From positions 798-64,797 of the forward strand of contig CANRJO010000003.1 in NCBI GenBank assembly GCA_947630965.1: a DNA stretch of 64,000 nucleotides. The letters are read 5' to 3'. Numbering within the stretch: position 1 is the stretch's first letter; every line of letters begins with the position of its first letter. Below are positions 45,191 to 54,785 of this stretch, piece after piece. The notes under the pieces were generated by a model. The model was not told where the DNA came from. It did no database searches and was given only the letters and a program-made list of their open reading frames with translations. Source of the DNA: an uncultured Alphaproteobacteria bacterium. GTDB lineage: Bacteria > Pseudomonadota > Alphaproteobacteria > RF32 > CAG-239. The translations under genes and the position numbers were made by a program.

Positions 45191-45925
45191 TTAATCCTTT
45201 CCTTGTGCATCTGCACGTGTGGTTGTGAGGTTTCTAAAGGCTTCTTCAAGCGTTTTGGCGCCGGCTTGCTTCAAAATTTCCTTGCACGATCCGTCCGCCT
45301 TAATTTGCCCCTGATCGATAAGCACAATTCGGCTACACACATTTTGCGCCTCGTCCAAAAGGTGCGTGGAAATCAAAATCGCTTTATTTTTGCCCATTTG
45401 AGAAATCAGCGCGCGGATATGGTCTTTTTGGTTTGGGTCAAGCCCGTCTGTCGGCTCGTCCAAAAGCAAAATTTGCGGGTTGCTTAAAATACTTTGCGCA
45501 AAGCCCACGCGACGGCAATAACCTTTTGAAAGCGTTTCAATTTTTTGGTGCAAAACATTTTCAATTTTTGCAAGTTTCACAGCATTTTGAACATCATTTT
45601 CATGGAGGTTCCGAAGCTGTGCCATATAGCGCAAAAACATCAAAACGCTCATATCAGGATAAAGAGGTGCGCCCTCTGGCAAAAAGCCGATTTTTTCTTT
45701 AGCAGCAAGGGGCTTTTCCAAAATATTTTGCCCGTCTACTTCAATAATACCTGACGTTGGGGCAACAAAGCCGGAAATCATATTCATCAAGGTAGATTTT
45801 CCTGCGCCGTTCGGCCCCAACAACGCGATAATTTCGCCGTATCGGACGGAAAGGCTAACATTTTGAACAGCTTTATTCTCCCCGTAAGTTTTGCTCAAAT
45901 TTTTTAAGGTAATCGCCGTTTTCAT
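45191..45925 (-). CDS. ABC transporter ATP-binding protein (GldA-like)
   Basis: 244 aa. Walker A GPNGAGKST, signature LSKGYCRR and Walker B LLLDEP. Confidence 0.9.
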   Translation of the reverse strand: MKTAITLKNLSKTYGENKAVQNVSLSVRYGEIIALLGPNGAGKSTLMNMISGFVAPTSGIIEVDGQNILEKPLAAKEKIGFLPEGAPLYPDMSVLMFLRYMAQLRNLHENDVQNAVKLAKIENVLHQKIETLSKGYCRRVGFAQSILSNPQILLLDEPTDGLDPNQKDHIRALISQMGKNKAILISTHLLDEAQNVCSRIVLIDQGQIKADGSCKEILKQAGAKTLEEAFRNLTTTRADAQGKD

Positions 45926-45928
45926 CGC

Positions 45929-47029
45929 TTATTCCTTCTCATAAATTTCCCCACCAGTTAAAGGTGTCGGAACGCCTGTTGTGGTTGGAAACGTAATAGG
46001 CAATCCGTAAATTCTTCTTGCCGCCAAAAACGCAACGCCTTGCGCCGTATCAACCGAAAGCCCCGCGTCTTGGGCTGAAAGTGTTTCAATGTGCATGTCT
46101 TTAAGCTTTTGGCGTATGAAACGTGCCAAGGTCGGGTTTTGGCTACCACCGCCACACAAGATGGCTTGCGCGGGCATTTCGGGCAGATAAAGCGCCAAAG
46201 AATACGCTATCGATTCGCTAACAAATGCTGTGACCGTGGCGGCGCCGTCTTGAATGGAAAGCCCTTCTAAATGCTCAACTTTGTCATTAAAAGCATCTCT
46301 GGCGGCAATTTTGGGCGGATATTTTGCAAAAAAGGGTTGTTTCATCATTTGCGCCACAATTTTTTCATTAACAATGCCCATAGCGGCGGATTTTCCGTTA
46401 TAATCCATCAAAACGCCGGCGTGCTTGAGCATCCAGTCATCAATAAGGCTGTTCCCGGGGCCGCAGTCAAAACCGTAAATTTCGCCATAGTGCCCAATCC
46501 ATGTGACATCGGTAATACCGCCGATATTGATAAATGTCACAGGTTTAACCAAATCTTGTGCCAAAGCGTTGTAATAAGAAGCAAAAATCGGTTGCCCCAA
46601 ACCGCCGTTGAGAATATCGGCATTATGAAAATGCGTCACAGTTCGGATACTTGTTTGCGTTGCAACCTCGCGCCCTTTCCCAAGCTGATAGGTAAACTGA
46701 TTTTGTGGCTCAAAGCAAATGGAAGGCCCCTCAAGCCCGATAAGATCGATTCTCTCATCAAACTCAACAACCGTTTCTTCAATGAGCCGAACAACAAAAT
46801 CCGTCAGCTCGGCTTCCACATCTTCAATTTGGGTTTGGTATTTTTCATCTGTAATTTTTTTGCCGTAAACCGCGCGAATTTTCTCGCGCATTTCATCAGG
46901 AAACAAAATCTGCCGTGTGGAAAAAACATTATAAATATCAATACCGTCCGTAGAAATGAGGGCAAGGCGCATATCGTCTAAAGAAGCGCCGCTCATCAGT
47001 CCAAGAACATTTAAAGGTTTGATGCTCAT
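45929..47029 (-). CDS. anmK: anhydro-N-acetylmuramic acid kinase
   Basis: AnmK family pattern (GLMSGASLD, GGGSQNPTL). The start is ATG 47029 or TTG 47056. Confidence 0.85.
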   Translation of the reverse strand: MSIKPLNVLGLMSGASLDDMRLALISTDGIDIYNVFSTRQILFPDEMREKIRAVYGKKITDEKYQTQIEDVEAELTDFVVRLIEETVVEFDERIDLIGLEGPSICFEPQNQFTYQLGKGREVATQTSIRTVTHFHNADILNGGLGQPIFASYYNALAQDLVKPVTFINIGGITDVTWIGHYGEIYGFDCGPGNSLIDDWMLKHAGVLMDYNGKSAAMGIVNEKIVAQMMKQPFFAKYPPKIAARDAFNDKVEHLEGLSIQDGAATVTAFVSESIAYSLALYLPEMPAQAILCGGGSQNPTLARFIRQKLKDMHIETLSAQDAGLSVDTAQGVAFLAARRIYGLPITFPTTTGVPTPLTGGEIYEKE

Positions 47030-47109
47030 TAAAATTTTTTTCCTTAAGTCTTGCAATGCGCTAAATATATGCTAAAATGCGTTAAAATTTAGTTATAAAG
47101 GAAAATAAA

Positions 47110-48366
47110 ATGAACACCTGTAAATCGGCTTTTATAAACATTATGCTTGAACGTGGTTTTTACAATCAATGCACCAATTTAGAGGGCTTTGATAATTATC
47201 TCTTTGAGTGTGAAAAGAAAGGCACGCCCGCGGTGGGTTATTTAGGCTCTGATCCCACGGCGGATAGTTTGCATGTTGGGCATATTGTGCCGGTGATGAT
47301 GTTGCGTTGGTTTCAAAAGTGCGGTCACAAGCCCATTGCGCTTGTAGGTGGTGCCACCGCACGCATTGGTGACCCGTCCGGAAAAGATAAACTTCGTCCT
47401 TTTCTTGATGAGCAAACACTTGCACATAACATTGAGGGGCTTAAAAAATCTTTCCGCCGTTTTTTAAAATTTGACGGCGCACAAAACAGCGCGGAGATGG
47501 TAGATAACTGGGATTGGTTCAAAGATATCAATTACTTGGCGTTTTTGCGCGATATTGGCACGTGTTATTCAGTGAACCGTATGCTCACAATGGATAGCGT
47601 GAAAGCAAGGCTTGAGCGTGAACAGCCGATGTCATTTTTAGAGTTTAATTATCAGCTTTTGCAAGGGTACGATTTTTGCGTTTTATACCAAAAATACGGT
47701 TGCCGCGCACAAATTGCAGGTGCGGATCAATGGGGAAACATTGTCTCCGGCACCGAGCTTGGACACCGCCGTTATGATGTGGAACTTTTTGGCTTTACAA
47801 GCCCGATTTTAACAGATTCGGCGGGTAAAAAAATGGGTAAATCGGAGGGCAATGCCGTTTGGATTAATGAGGAAAAACTTTCCGCATACGATTATTTCCA
47901 ATATTTCCGCAACATCGGCGATGCGGAAGTTGGCAAATGCTTGCGTATTTTTACCGATTTACCGATGTCTGAAGTCAACCGCTTGGAGGTATTAAAAGAT
48001 AAAGAAATCAATGAAGCCAAGAAAATTTTGGCATTTGAAGCCACCAAAATGTGCCGAGGAGAAGCGGAGGCAAAAGCCGCACAGGAAACGGCAACCAAAG
48101 TTTTTGAACAAGGCTCTTCAGGTGGTGAATTACCGGTTTTGAACACTGATTTAAACGCCGGCATTAGTGTTTTGGACGCGTTTTTGCAAATAGGCTTTGT
48201 GGAAAGCAAAGGTGAGGCACGCCGGCTGATTAAGCAAGGCGGGCTAAAAATCAACGATAAAACGGTAACGGATGAAAATTATAAAATCAGCAAAGCCGAT
48301 GTCATTGACGGTCAGGTCAAAATCTCGCAAGGCAAGAAGAAGCACGGTGTTTTAAAAAGCGCTTAA
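47110..48366 (+). CDS. tyrS: tyrosine--tRNA ligase
   Basis: 418 aa. HVGH (HIGH) and KMGKS (KMSKS) motifs with a C-terminal S4 domain. Confidence 0.95.
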   Translation: MNTCKSAFINIMLERGFYNQCTNLEGFDNYLFECEKKGTPAVGYLGSDPTADSLHVGHIVPVMMLRWFQKCGHKPIALVGGATARIGDPSGKDKLRPFLDEQTLAHNIEGLKKSFRRFLKFDGAQNSAEMVDNWDWFKDINYLAFLRDIGTCYSVNRMLTMDSVKARLEREQPMSFLEFNYQLLQGYDFCVLYQKYGCRAQIAGADQWGNIVSGTELGHRRYDVELFGFTSPILTDSAGKKMGKSEGNAVWINEEKLSAYDYFQYFRNIGDAEVGKCLRIFTDLPMSEVNRLEVLKDKEINEAKKILAFEATKMCRGEAEAKAAQETATKVFEQGSSGGELPVLNTDLNAGISVLDAFLQIGFVESKGEARRLIKQGGLKINDKTVTDENYKISKADVIDGQVKISQGKKKHGVLKSA

Positions 48367-48378
48367 AAATAATCTAAA

Positions 48379-48404
48379 ACGCCCCGTTAAGGGGCGCTTT
48401 TGTT
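48379..48404. terminator. rho-independent terminator between convergent tyrS and the TPR gene
   Basis: cgcccc gttaa ggggcg followed by cttttgtt. Confidence 0.7.
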
Positions 48405-50199
48405 ATAAGGGCAAATCTAAACCTTTAAGGCGTTCCACAAGCAAAGTTTCATTAAAATTAAGCGTTGCGGGAATTTGAACGCCGTTTTTGATTTTTCGGC
48501 GGATAATATCCTTATTAAGTTCTTCGGCATCTTCTTGCAAAGAAAGAGCATGCTGCCATTGGAACCTTGCTTCATCAAGCCGTCCGTTTTGCCAATAAGC
48601 ATCGCCCAAATGGTCATACACAATGGCATTTCCGGGCAGATATTCTGACGCGCGCTCCAAAACCTTAGCAGCTTCCTCATATTTTCCCATCCGATAAAGC
48701 GCCCAACCAAGACTATCAACAATATGCCCGTCTTCAGGATTTTGGCGGTAAGCGTCAAAAATCATATACAAAGCCTCATTCAAATTTTGGTTATATTTCA
48801 GCCAACTATAGCCCAAATAATTTAGCACAATCGGATGCCGATTACTCTTATCAACGGCTGTTAAAAGGGCTTTTTCGGCTTTAGACCACTGATGATTCCG
48901 TTCATAAGCCATGCCCAAAGCATAATAGATTGTCCAGTTTTCAGATTGTTTCTGATCATTAAGAGCGAGTGCTTTTTCATAATATTTAATGGCCTGATTT
49001 GAACGGTTTAACATACGATAAGCCTCACCCAGATGGAACAAAACCTGATAATTGTTCGGGTAAAGAACTTCAAGTTTTTTAAGTTTTTCCAACCCCTCTG
49101 AAACTTGTCCTAAAAGCACATAAAGACTTGCCACCTTGAGTTGTGCCATCAAATAAACAGGTGAAGAAGGGCTCACTTTTTCATACTGAGAAATAGATTC
49201 TTTAAATCTGTGGTTAAATTCAAGCAAATCTGCAGAAGAAACACGCGCAACATCATGATCTTCATTTAAGTAGAGTGCCAAAGCCGTAAAAAGTTGTGAA
49301 ATGTCAAGTTGAACATTTCTAAACACGGTCCCGATATTAAACAAGGCCTCAGCTTCACCTTTTTGGACGCTGTCAATAAGCCTTGGAAGTTTTTGCGGGT
49401 CAGCGTCTTGAAGGCTTTGATAAAGCTGAAAAAGCATATCTGTGCCGTTATTCCTTTCACAATAGTCTTCAACAAGGGCAAGAGCTTTGTCTTTTTCACC
49501 GTTCCGCATATAAAAATTACTAATAATTTGCAAAGACCGGAAAGAGAGCTCTATTGAATCATCAAATATAACTTTATCAAACGCGCTTTGAGCCTCGGTC
49601 GAACGGTCTAAAAAGTCGTTAATCATACCGTAGTGTATATAGTAAAGTGTCTGCAAAGACGGATCATTTTTTAACATCCCAAGTTTTTTCAAGGCTTTTT
49701 CAGGCTCGTTTTGAGCAATATAAAGCCAAGCCTCAAACAAGGGCAGCACACTTTTCTGATAAACTTTATCTTTAATAGATTGAATGCTTTTTAAAGCCTT
49801 ATCATACTGTTGATCTTTGATCTCATCGGTCATGGTAATAAAGTGTATAATATTACTTTTATCGCCAGATTCCATAGATTTTCGTGCAAATTGAGCCGCC
49901 TCATGAATACGCCCTTCAGAAGTCAGGAGCAAATAGGCGCGTCCGGTAATGTCTTGCTTACCGGCGCCCAAATCAATGGATTTAATATAATAATCCGCGG
50001 CGGTGTCAAAATCGCCTCTGAGGTGCGCCACGCGTGCCGCCAAATATGTACCATAAGCCGAGGGGTTGTTTTGAAGGGTAACAATTTGTTCAATGCCGCC
50101 CGCGGTATTTTTATGTGCCGTTAAGAAATTTCCGCAGGAGTTAAAAATTCCGGCAGCAATTAAAATGGCAAAGATATATACAAGTTTCAAATTTTTCAC
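48403..50199 (-). CDS. TPR-repeat lipoprotein
   Basis: 598 aa with lipobox FNSCG and many TPR-like helical pairs. Confidence 0.8.
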   Translation of the reverse strand: MKNLKLVYIFAILIAAGIFNSCGNFLTAHKNTAGGIEQIVTLQNNPSAYGTYLAARVAHLRGDFDTAADYYIKSIDLGAGKQDITGRAYLLLTSEGRIHEAAQFARKSMESGDKSNIIHFITMTDEIKDQQYDKALKSIQSIKDKVYQKSVLPLFEAWLYIAQNEPEKALKKLGMLKNDPSLQTLYYIHYGMINDFLDRSTEAQSAFDKVIFDDSIELSFRSLQIISNFYMRNGEKDKALALVEDYCERNNGTDMLFQLYQSLQDADPQKLPRLIDSVQKGEAEALFNIGTVFRNVQLDISQLFTALALYLNEDHDVARVSSADLLEFNHRFKESISQYEKVSPSSPVYLMAQLKVASLYVLLGQVSEGLEKLKKLEVLYPNNYQVLFHLGEAYRMLNRSNQAIKYYEKALALNDQKQSENWTIYYALGMAYERNHQWSKAEKALLTAVDKSNRHPIVLNYLGYSWLKYNQNLNEALYMIFDAYRQNPEDGHIVDSLGWALYRMGKYEEAAKVLERASEYLPGNAIVYDHLGDAYWQNGRLDEARFQWQHALSLQEDAEELNKDIIRRKIKNGVQIPATLNFNETLLVERLKGLDLPL

Positions 50200-50313
50200 A
50201 TTCTTTCTTTCATTTTAAGCCGAAAAACCGATAAACAAGAGACATTATAAATCCTATGTGTAAATAATTGCTTTATATTGCATTAAAAAGTATTTAAAGT
50301 TATAAATTTTAGT

Positions 50314-51069
50314 ATGGAAAGCAATTTAAACATAAAAGAGATTTTAAGTTTTTATCTTGAAGCGGGTATTGATGAAACCATCGGCGACACCGCGGGTTTT
50401 GTCTTGCCCGAAAAAGAGGAGCCCAAAGCTCGCCCCGCCATAACAAATATGGCGCAATCCACGCAAAATGCCTCTAAAAATGCCAAAGAAGCCTGCCTTG
50501 CCGCGCCAGATTTAGAAAGTTTGCGCCAAAAAATGGAGGCTTTTGAAGGGTGCGCCTTAAAGTTAAATGCCAAATCAACAGTCTTTGGCGCAGGCAACCC
50601 AAACGCCAGATTAATGATTATCGGCGAGGCACCGGGGGCTGATGAAGATAGGCAGGGCTTGCCATTTGTTGGCAGAAGCGGACATCTTTTAGAAAAAATG
50701 TTAAACGCCATAGGCTTGAAGCGTGAAGAAGTTTACATCACAAACATTTTGCCGTGGCGTCCACCAGGCAACCGTACGCCAACCGATGCAGAAGTGGCGG
50801 TTTGCTTACCGTTTTTAAAGCGCCAAATAGACCTCATCAAGCCCGATATTTTGCTTTTATTGGGAGGATCAGCGGCAAATGCGCTTTTAGATAACGCAGA
50901 TTCCATTTCACGTTTAAGGGGGCATTTTTTGAAATATAAAACATCGGAAGGGGCTGAAATTGACGCGTTGGCAACCTTCCATCCGGCTTATTTATTGCGC
51001 AATGCCGCTCAAAAATCAAAAGCTTGGGCTGATTTCTTGCGCATAGCTAAAAATTTAAATGGAAATTAA
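50314..51069 (+). CDS. uracil-DNA glycosylase, family 4
   Basis: 251 aa with motif GEAPGADEDRQGLPFVGRSG. Confidence 0.85.
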   Translation: MESNLNIKEILSFYLEAGIDETIGDTAGFVLPEKEEPKARPAITNMAQSTQNASKNAKEACLAAPDLESLRQKMEAFEGCALKLNAKSTVFGAGNPNARLMIIGEAPGADEDRQGLPFVGRSGHLLEKMLNAIGLKREEVYITNILPWRPPGNRTPTDAEVAVCLPFLKRQIDLIKPDILLLLGGSAANALLDNADSISRLRGHFLKYKTSEGAEIDALATFHPAYLLRNAAQKSKAWADFLRIAKNLNGN

Positions 51070-51128
51070 GAAAAAAAGAAGTATAGTAGAAACAAAGAAT
51101 TGATTAAATCTTATTAAAGGGGATTAAA

Positions 51129-51911
51129 ATGAGTGTTGTAAATAAAGCGTTATGCGGTTTTTTTGGTCTGTCTGTGGTGCTTTTTGCCGGTGTGTCGGTT
51201 GCAGAAGAAACACAAGATAAATCACAGCCACAAAAACAAGAAGATTCGGCAACTGTTTCCAAAAGCCGTGCTGTCTTGTTCAAAATTCACGATGTTACAC
51301 CTGTCAAAAATGTAGATGGCTTAATAACCGACTGCGATTTTTTGGTAACATTTTACAACCGCACGCCAACAGCGTTTCAATCAGCCAAGCTTGAACTTGG
51401 TTGGACAGATGATGTTTCTGAACGCTACACGTTAGATTTGGAAGAACCGCAAAATACGCCTGAAAGACGCTCCGCACCAACCTCCAGACGAAATGAGCCG
51501 AAAAGTTTGGGCAATATTACCACAACGGTTGATATGCCTGCCGTTGGGGCATATTCACAAATTTCGGTTAAAGGCTCGTTGAAAACCGAAAAATGTTTTG
51601 TTCTCTTAAGCACAGTGGAGTTTAATGTTGAGAGTTGCAATTTGGCTGAAAACAGAGAAAGCCAGTCAAACTCACGCTCTTCATCGCGAAATTTGCATTC
51701 ACGCTCAAATAGCGAATGCGCAGGTCTTTTCCAATTTGTTGATTATACAAATCCGGAATATTATGATGAATTTAAGGAAATATCTTATAACGAGCAAGAA
51801 GCTTTGTTAAATAAAGAAAAAGAAACAAATTTAGAAGAAATTAACACAAAATATAATGCCATTGTGACATCATTGGAAAAGGCAAGCGATATTTTGAACA
51901 ACATTCAATAG
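51129..51911 (+). CDS. secreted hypothetical protein (paralog A)
   Basis: 260 aa with a signal peptide. It shares a Cys/Trp-spaced domain with the next gene. Confidence 0.6.
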   Translation: MSVVNKALCGFFGLSVVLFAGVSVAEETQDKSQPQKQEDSATVSKSRAVLFKIHDVTPVKNVDGLITDCDFLVTFYNRTPTAFQSAKLELGWTDDVSERYTLDLEEPQNTPERRSAPTSRRNEPKSLGNITTTVDMPAVGAYSQISVKGSLKTEKCFVLLSTVEFNVESCNLAENRESQSNSRSSSRNLHSRSNSECAGLFQFVDYTNPEYYDEFKEISYNEQEALLNKEKETNLEEINTKYNAIVTSLEKASDILNNIQ

Positions 51912-51919
51912 GAGCATAA

Positions 51920-52519
51920 ATGTCAAAATCGAGTCGTTTGTTCATTTATCTTGTTTTGGCGGCATTTTTAGGTTGGGGAAATGAAGCTTTGGCGCAGCGC
52001 TTTGGTCCCGTATCAGAGCCTGCCGCGCAGGCAAAGCCCCAACCCATCCCGCAGATGCAGACAAACGCAAGACCGCAACAAAATCTGCCTACGGACAATA
52101 ATAATCAGGTTGAAGAAGATGATGATGACGATACAGACACAACACCTGCTGCGTTTCAATTTAAGTTTATAGGCAATGAAGTTGTAACACAAAACGCTCC
52201 GCGCATTATGCTTTATATGCGTAATTTCAAAATTTCACGCAATATTAATGGCATACCTAATTGTAATATGCGTTTTTATGTTTTATCAACACTAAGTGAA
52301 AAAATCACAAACATCAGTTATCGTTTAAAATGGCCAAGCATTGAAACGGCGCTTTCTTTTGATAATGTGCAGCCCAATTCCGCCATGTATTTTGATTATA
52401 GTTTGCTTGGAAACGGCTGCTATAATATGGACAAGGCACCAAACATTATTGTAAACCGTTGCCGTGTTAAAGGCATGAGTCAACAAACTTGTGCCAATGC
52501 CATTGAGTGGTTGAATTAA
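51920..52519 (+). CDS. secreted hypothetical protein (paralog B)
   Basis: 199 aa with a signal peptide. It has the same C-x22-W and C-x13-C spacing as paralog A. Confidence 0.6.
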   Translation: MSKSSRLFIYLVLAAFLGWGNEALAQRFGPVSEPAAQAKPQPIPQMQTNARPQQNLPTDNNNQVEEDDDDDTDTTPAAFQFKFIGNEVVTQNAPRIMLYMRNFKISRNINGIPNCNMRFYVLSTLSEKITNISYRLKWPSIETALSFDNVQPNSAMYFDYSLLGNGCYNMDKAPNIIVNRCRVKGMSQQTCANAIEWLN

Positions 52520-52520
52520 T

Positions 52521-52549
52521 TTGACACGCCCCTTAAATTATGCTACACT
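52521..52549 (+). promoter_or_regulatory. near-consensus sigma70 promoter (TTGACA-N17-TACACT)
   Basis: -35 at 52521-52526 and -10 at 52544-52549, followed by AAA. It sits ~120 nt upstream of the 52673 gene. Confidence 0.55.
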
Positions 52550-52672
52550 AAAATTGGAAAATTATTTTTGTGTAGGATATTATGTTAGGTTTTTTATTTG
52601 TGTGAATAATCTTGCGCATACAAAAAATTTTTTCCGGTTAAATTCGATGTTTAATTAAAAAAAATTACAGAT

Positions 52673-52951
52673 ATGTTTTGGACTTTATTAATTGTTGCCG
52701 CAGGTTTAGGTTTTCTTTATGCTATCCTCGGAAAACTATGGGACTTAATTGAGGATTCTTTAGCTAACATGATCAGTTATTTAATCCCCGGTTTAATGCT
52801 TGGCGTTGTTTTCGGCCTGATAAGCTTTTTAAGAAACTTTGGGTGGAATTGCAACGACAAGGTCCTGCGCAGTTTCCTTATCGGCTTTGTTATCGGAGTT
52901 GTTTGGGAGCTGTTCCAAACCATTCGTCACCGCCTTGCACAAAGGTCGTGA
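52673..52951 (+). CDS. small membrane protein (3 TM)
   Basis: 92 aa, hydrophobic, with no domain recognised. Confidence 0.5.
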   Translation: MFWTLLIVAAGLGFLYAILGKLWDLIEDSLANMISYLIPGLMLGVVFGLISFLRNFGWNCNDKVLRSFLIGFVIGVVWELFQTIRHRLAQRS

Positions 52952-52960
52952 GCAAGATGA

Positions 52961-53006
52961 AGCCCCGTTTTATCGTCAGATAAAGCGGGGCTTTCGTTTG
53001 GTTTTT
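52961..53006 (+). terminator. rho-independent terminator
   Basis: agccccgttttat cgtcag ataaagcggggct followed by a T-rich tail. Confidence 0.7.
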
Positions 53007-53008
53007 AA

Positions 53009-54241
53009 CTAAAACTTATATTGAACTTGCACGCCAAGCATATTGCTGTAGCTTTTATAATAAGCATGCGAGGTTGGCAAAGTGCTATTTTCGGCAGTAG
53101 AATTTTTCATAAACAAGTGCGCATAACCGGCATCAACTTGGAAATTGCCGTTCGTGTAACTTGCACCTGCCGAGAGCCAAATTCTATCCGAATCAGGGAT
53201 ACGCGCGGTGCGATATTCCTTGCCCCGAACAGGCGACTGATCATATGCTGTGCCCGCGCGGAGCGTCCAGTTTTCATTCAAGTAATAATCCGCACCGAAA
53301 GAAACTGTCCAACTTTTACGCCATTCTTCCTGAACCGTGTGTTTGCCTTTAGTTCCTAAGAACATCGGTGCACTGGAAGACATTGTAAATTCTTTAAAGC
53401 TGTTTTCCCAATCCGTCCATCGCACAGAGGTGCTCAAGCCCCATTTCTCGGTTGGCTGATGATAAAACGAAACCAAGATACTTTGCGGCAAATCAGGTGA
53501 GGCTTTCCCGTCATAAAACGTGCCGTTTAGATAAGGTACCGCAGAGCCGCTGACTTTATGATCGCCCTTTACCGTTTGCATACTTTTAGCCTTGTAACTG
53601 ATGCCCAAGCGCGTTTGCGGCGTAAACTCATACATCGCACCGACAGACCATGCCGCCGTCCAACCGTCAAGGTCAAAGTCACTATATCCGCCACCAACTA
53701 GGGTAGGAATGTTGTTTGTCATTTTGCCATGAATGTAGCGCGCAATCACAGAAGCGCCGAGCGAAAGTTTTTCAATAGGTTTAAAAGCAAATGCCGGTGC
53801 AAAATCAATAATCTCAAGCTCCGACTTCACGCCTTCTGTCGCCAGAAAGCTCTCGCGGCTATACCGCGTTTTGAGGCCGTATGGCGCATAAATGCCAAAG
53901 CCTGCCGTCATGCGGTCATTGATCCGATATTGCCCGAAAGCACTCGGCAACGGCACACCGAAATTCATTTTTGTTTTGATGTCTTTATTTTCAGCGTTTC
54001 TTACCTTAGAATAAAGCTGTGCCATGGTCAAACCGGCTTGCACGCCGCTTTGCTTGTTAAGCGTCATGCCCGCGGGGTTATATGCCAAAGCGGAATAATC
54101 ATCACCAACAACGCCGGCGCCGGCAAATGAACGCCCCAAACCTGTCACGGAATATTCATTAAGTTGATAACCGGCGGCGTGAACATTCGCACCGCAAAAA
54201 GTTAAGATTGCCGCAGCGGCAAAAATCGGAAGTTTTTTCAT
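53009..54241 (-). CDS. fadL: outer-membrane long-chain fatty acid / hydrophobic compound transporter (FadL/OmpP1/TodX)
   Basis: 410 aa with a signal peptide. N-terminal GYQLNEYSVTGLGRSFAG and C-terminal QVQYKF. Confidence 0.85.
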   Translation of the reverse strand: MKKLPIFAAAAILTFCGANVHAAGYQLNEYSVTGLGRSFAGAGVVGDDYSALAYNPAGMTLNKQSGVQAGLTMAQLYSKVRNAENKDIKTKMNFGVPLPSAFGQYRINDRMTAGFGIYAPYGLKTRYSRESFLATEGVKSELEIIDFAPAFAFKPIEKLSLGASVIARYIHGKMTNNIPTLVGGGYSDFDLDGWTAAWSVGAMYEFTPQTRLGISYKAKSMQTVKGDHKVSGSAVPYLNGTFYDGKASPDLPQSILVSFYHQPTEKWGLSTSVRWTDWENSFKEFTMSSSAPMFLGTKGKHTVQEEWRKSWTVSFGADYYLNENWTLRAGTAYDQSPVRGKEYRTARIPDSDRIWLSAGASYTNGNFQVDAGYAHLFMKNSTAENSTLPTSHAYYKSYSNMLGVQVQYKF

Positions 54242-54388
54242 AAAGTTCGAGTCCTTATTGTTGTTAAAAGAAAAAATATCTTGCTAAATGATGACTCATT
54301 GTGATAAGTATGTAAAGTAAGCACTTGAAAGTGCAATAGTTTCTTCAAGGTAACCATTGGCGGTTTTCTTGAGTTTTAGGAGAAAAAA

Positions 54389-54736
54389 ATGACTGAATAT
54401 ATGGCGAACTCATTAGCGGAGATGACCATAAAGATGGTTGGCGACCGTTGGAAAGTGCTGATTATTCAAAATCTCTTGGAAGGCACCAAACGTTTTGGCG
54501 AGCTTAAGCGCGAGCTTGGCGACATCACGCAAAAAGTGCTCACGTCTAATTTGCGCCTTTTGGAAGAAAAGGGCATTTTGGTGCGCAAAGTTTATGCTCA
54601 AATTCCGCCGAGGGTGGATTATACACTTACCCAACTTGGTTATGAATTAAAGCCCGTCATCGATTCTATGACCAAATGGGCAGAAGAATATCGCCGCAAC
54701 ATGGCAGAACTTTTAAAGATTGATATAAAAGATTAA
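54389..54736 (+). CDS. HxlR-family transcriptional regulator
   Basis: 115 aa with winged HTH GDRWKVLIIQNLLEGTKRFGELKR. Confidence 0.85.
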   Translation: MTEYMANSLAEMTIKMVGDRWKVLIIQNLLEGTKRFGELKRELGDITQKVLTSNLRLLEEKGILVRKVYAQIPPRVDYTLTQLGYELKPVIDSMTKWAEEYRRNMAELLKIDIKD

Positions 54737-54737
54737 T

Positions 54738-54785
54738 TTTTCACGTAGAAATAAAAAAAAGAGGGGCAACCCCCTCTCTTTTTTA
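54738..54785. repeat. ~45-bp direct repeat containing a bidirectional terminator, left copy
   Basis: tttcacgtagaaataaaaaaaagaggggcaaccccctctctttttta. It is nearly identical to 55636-55680. Confidence 0.85.
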
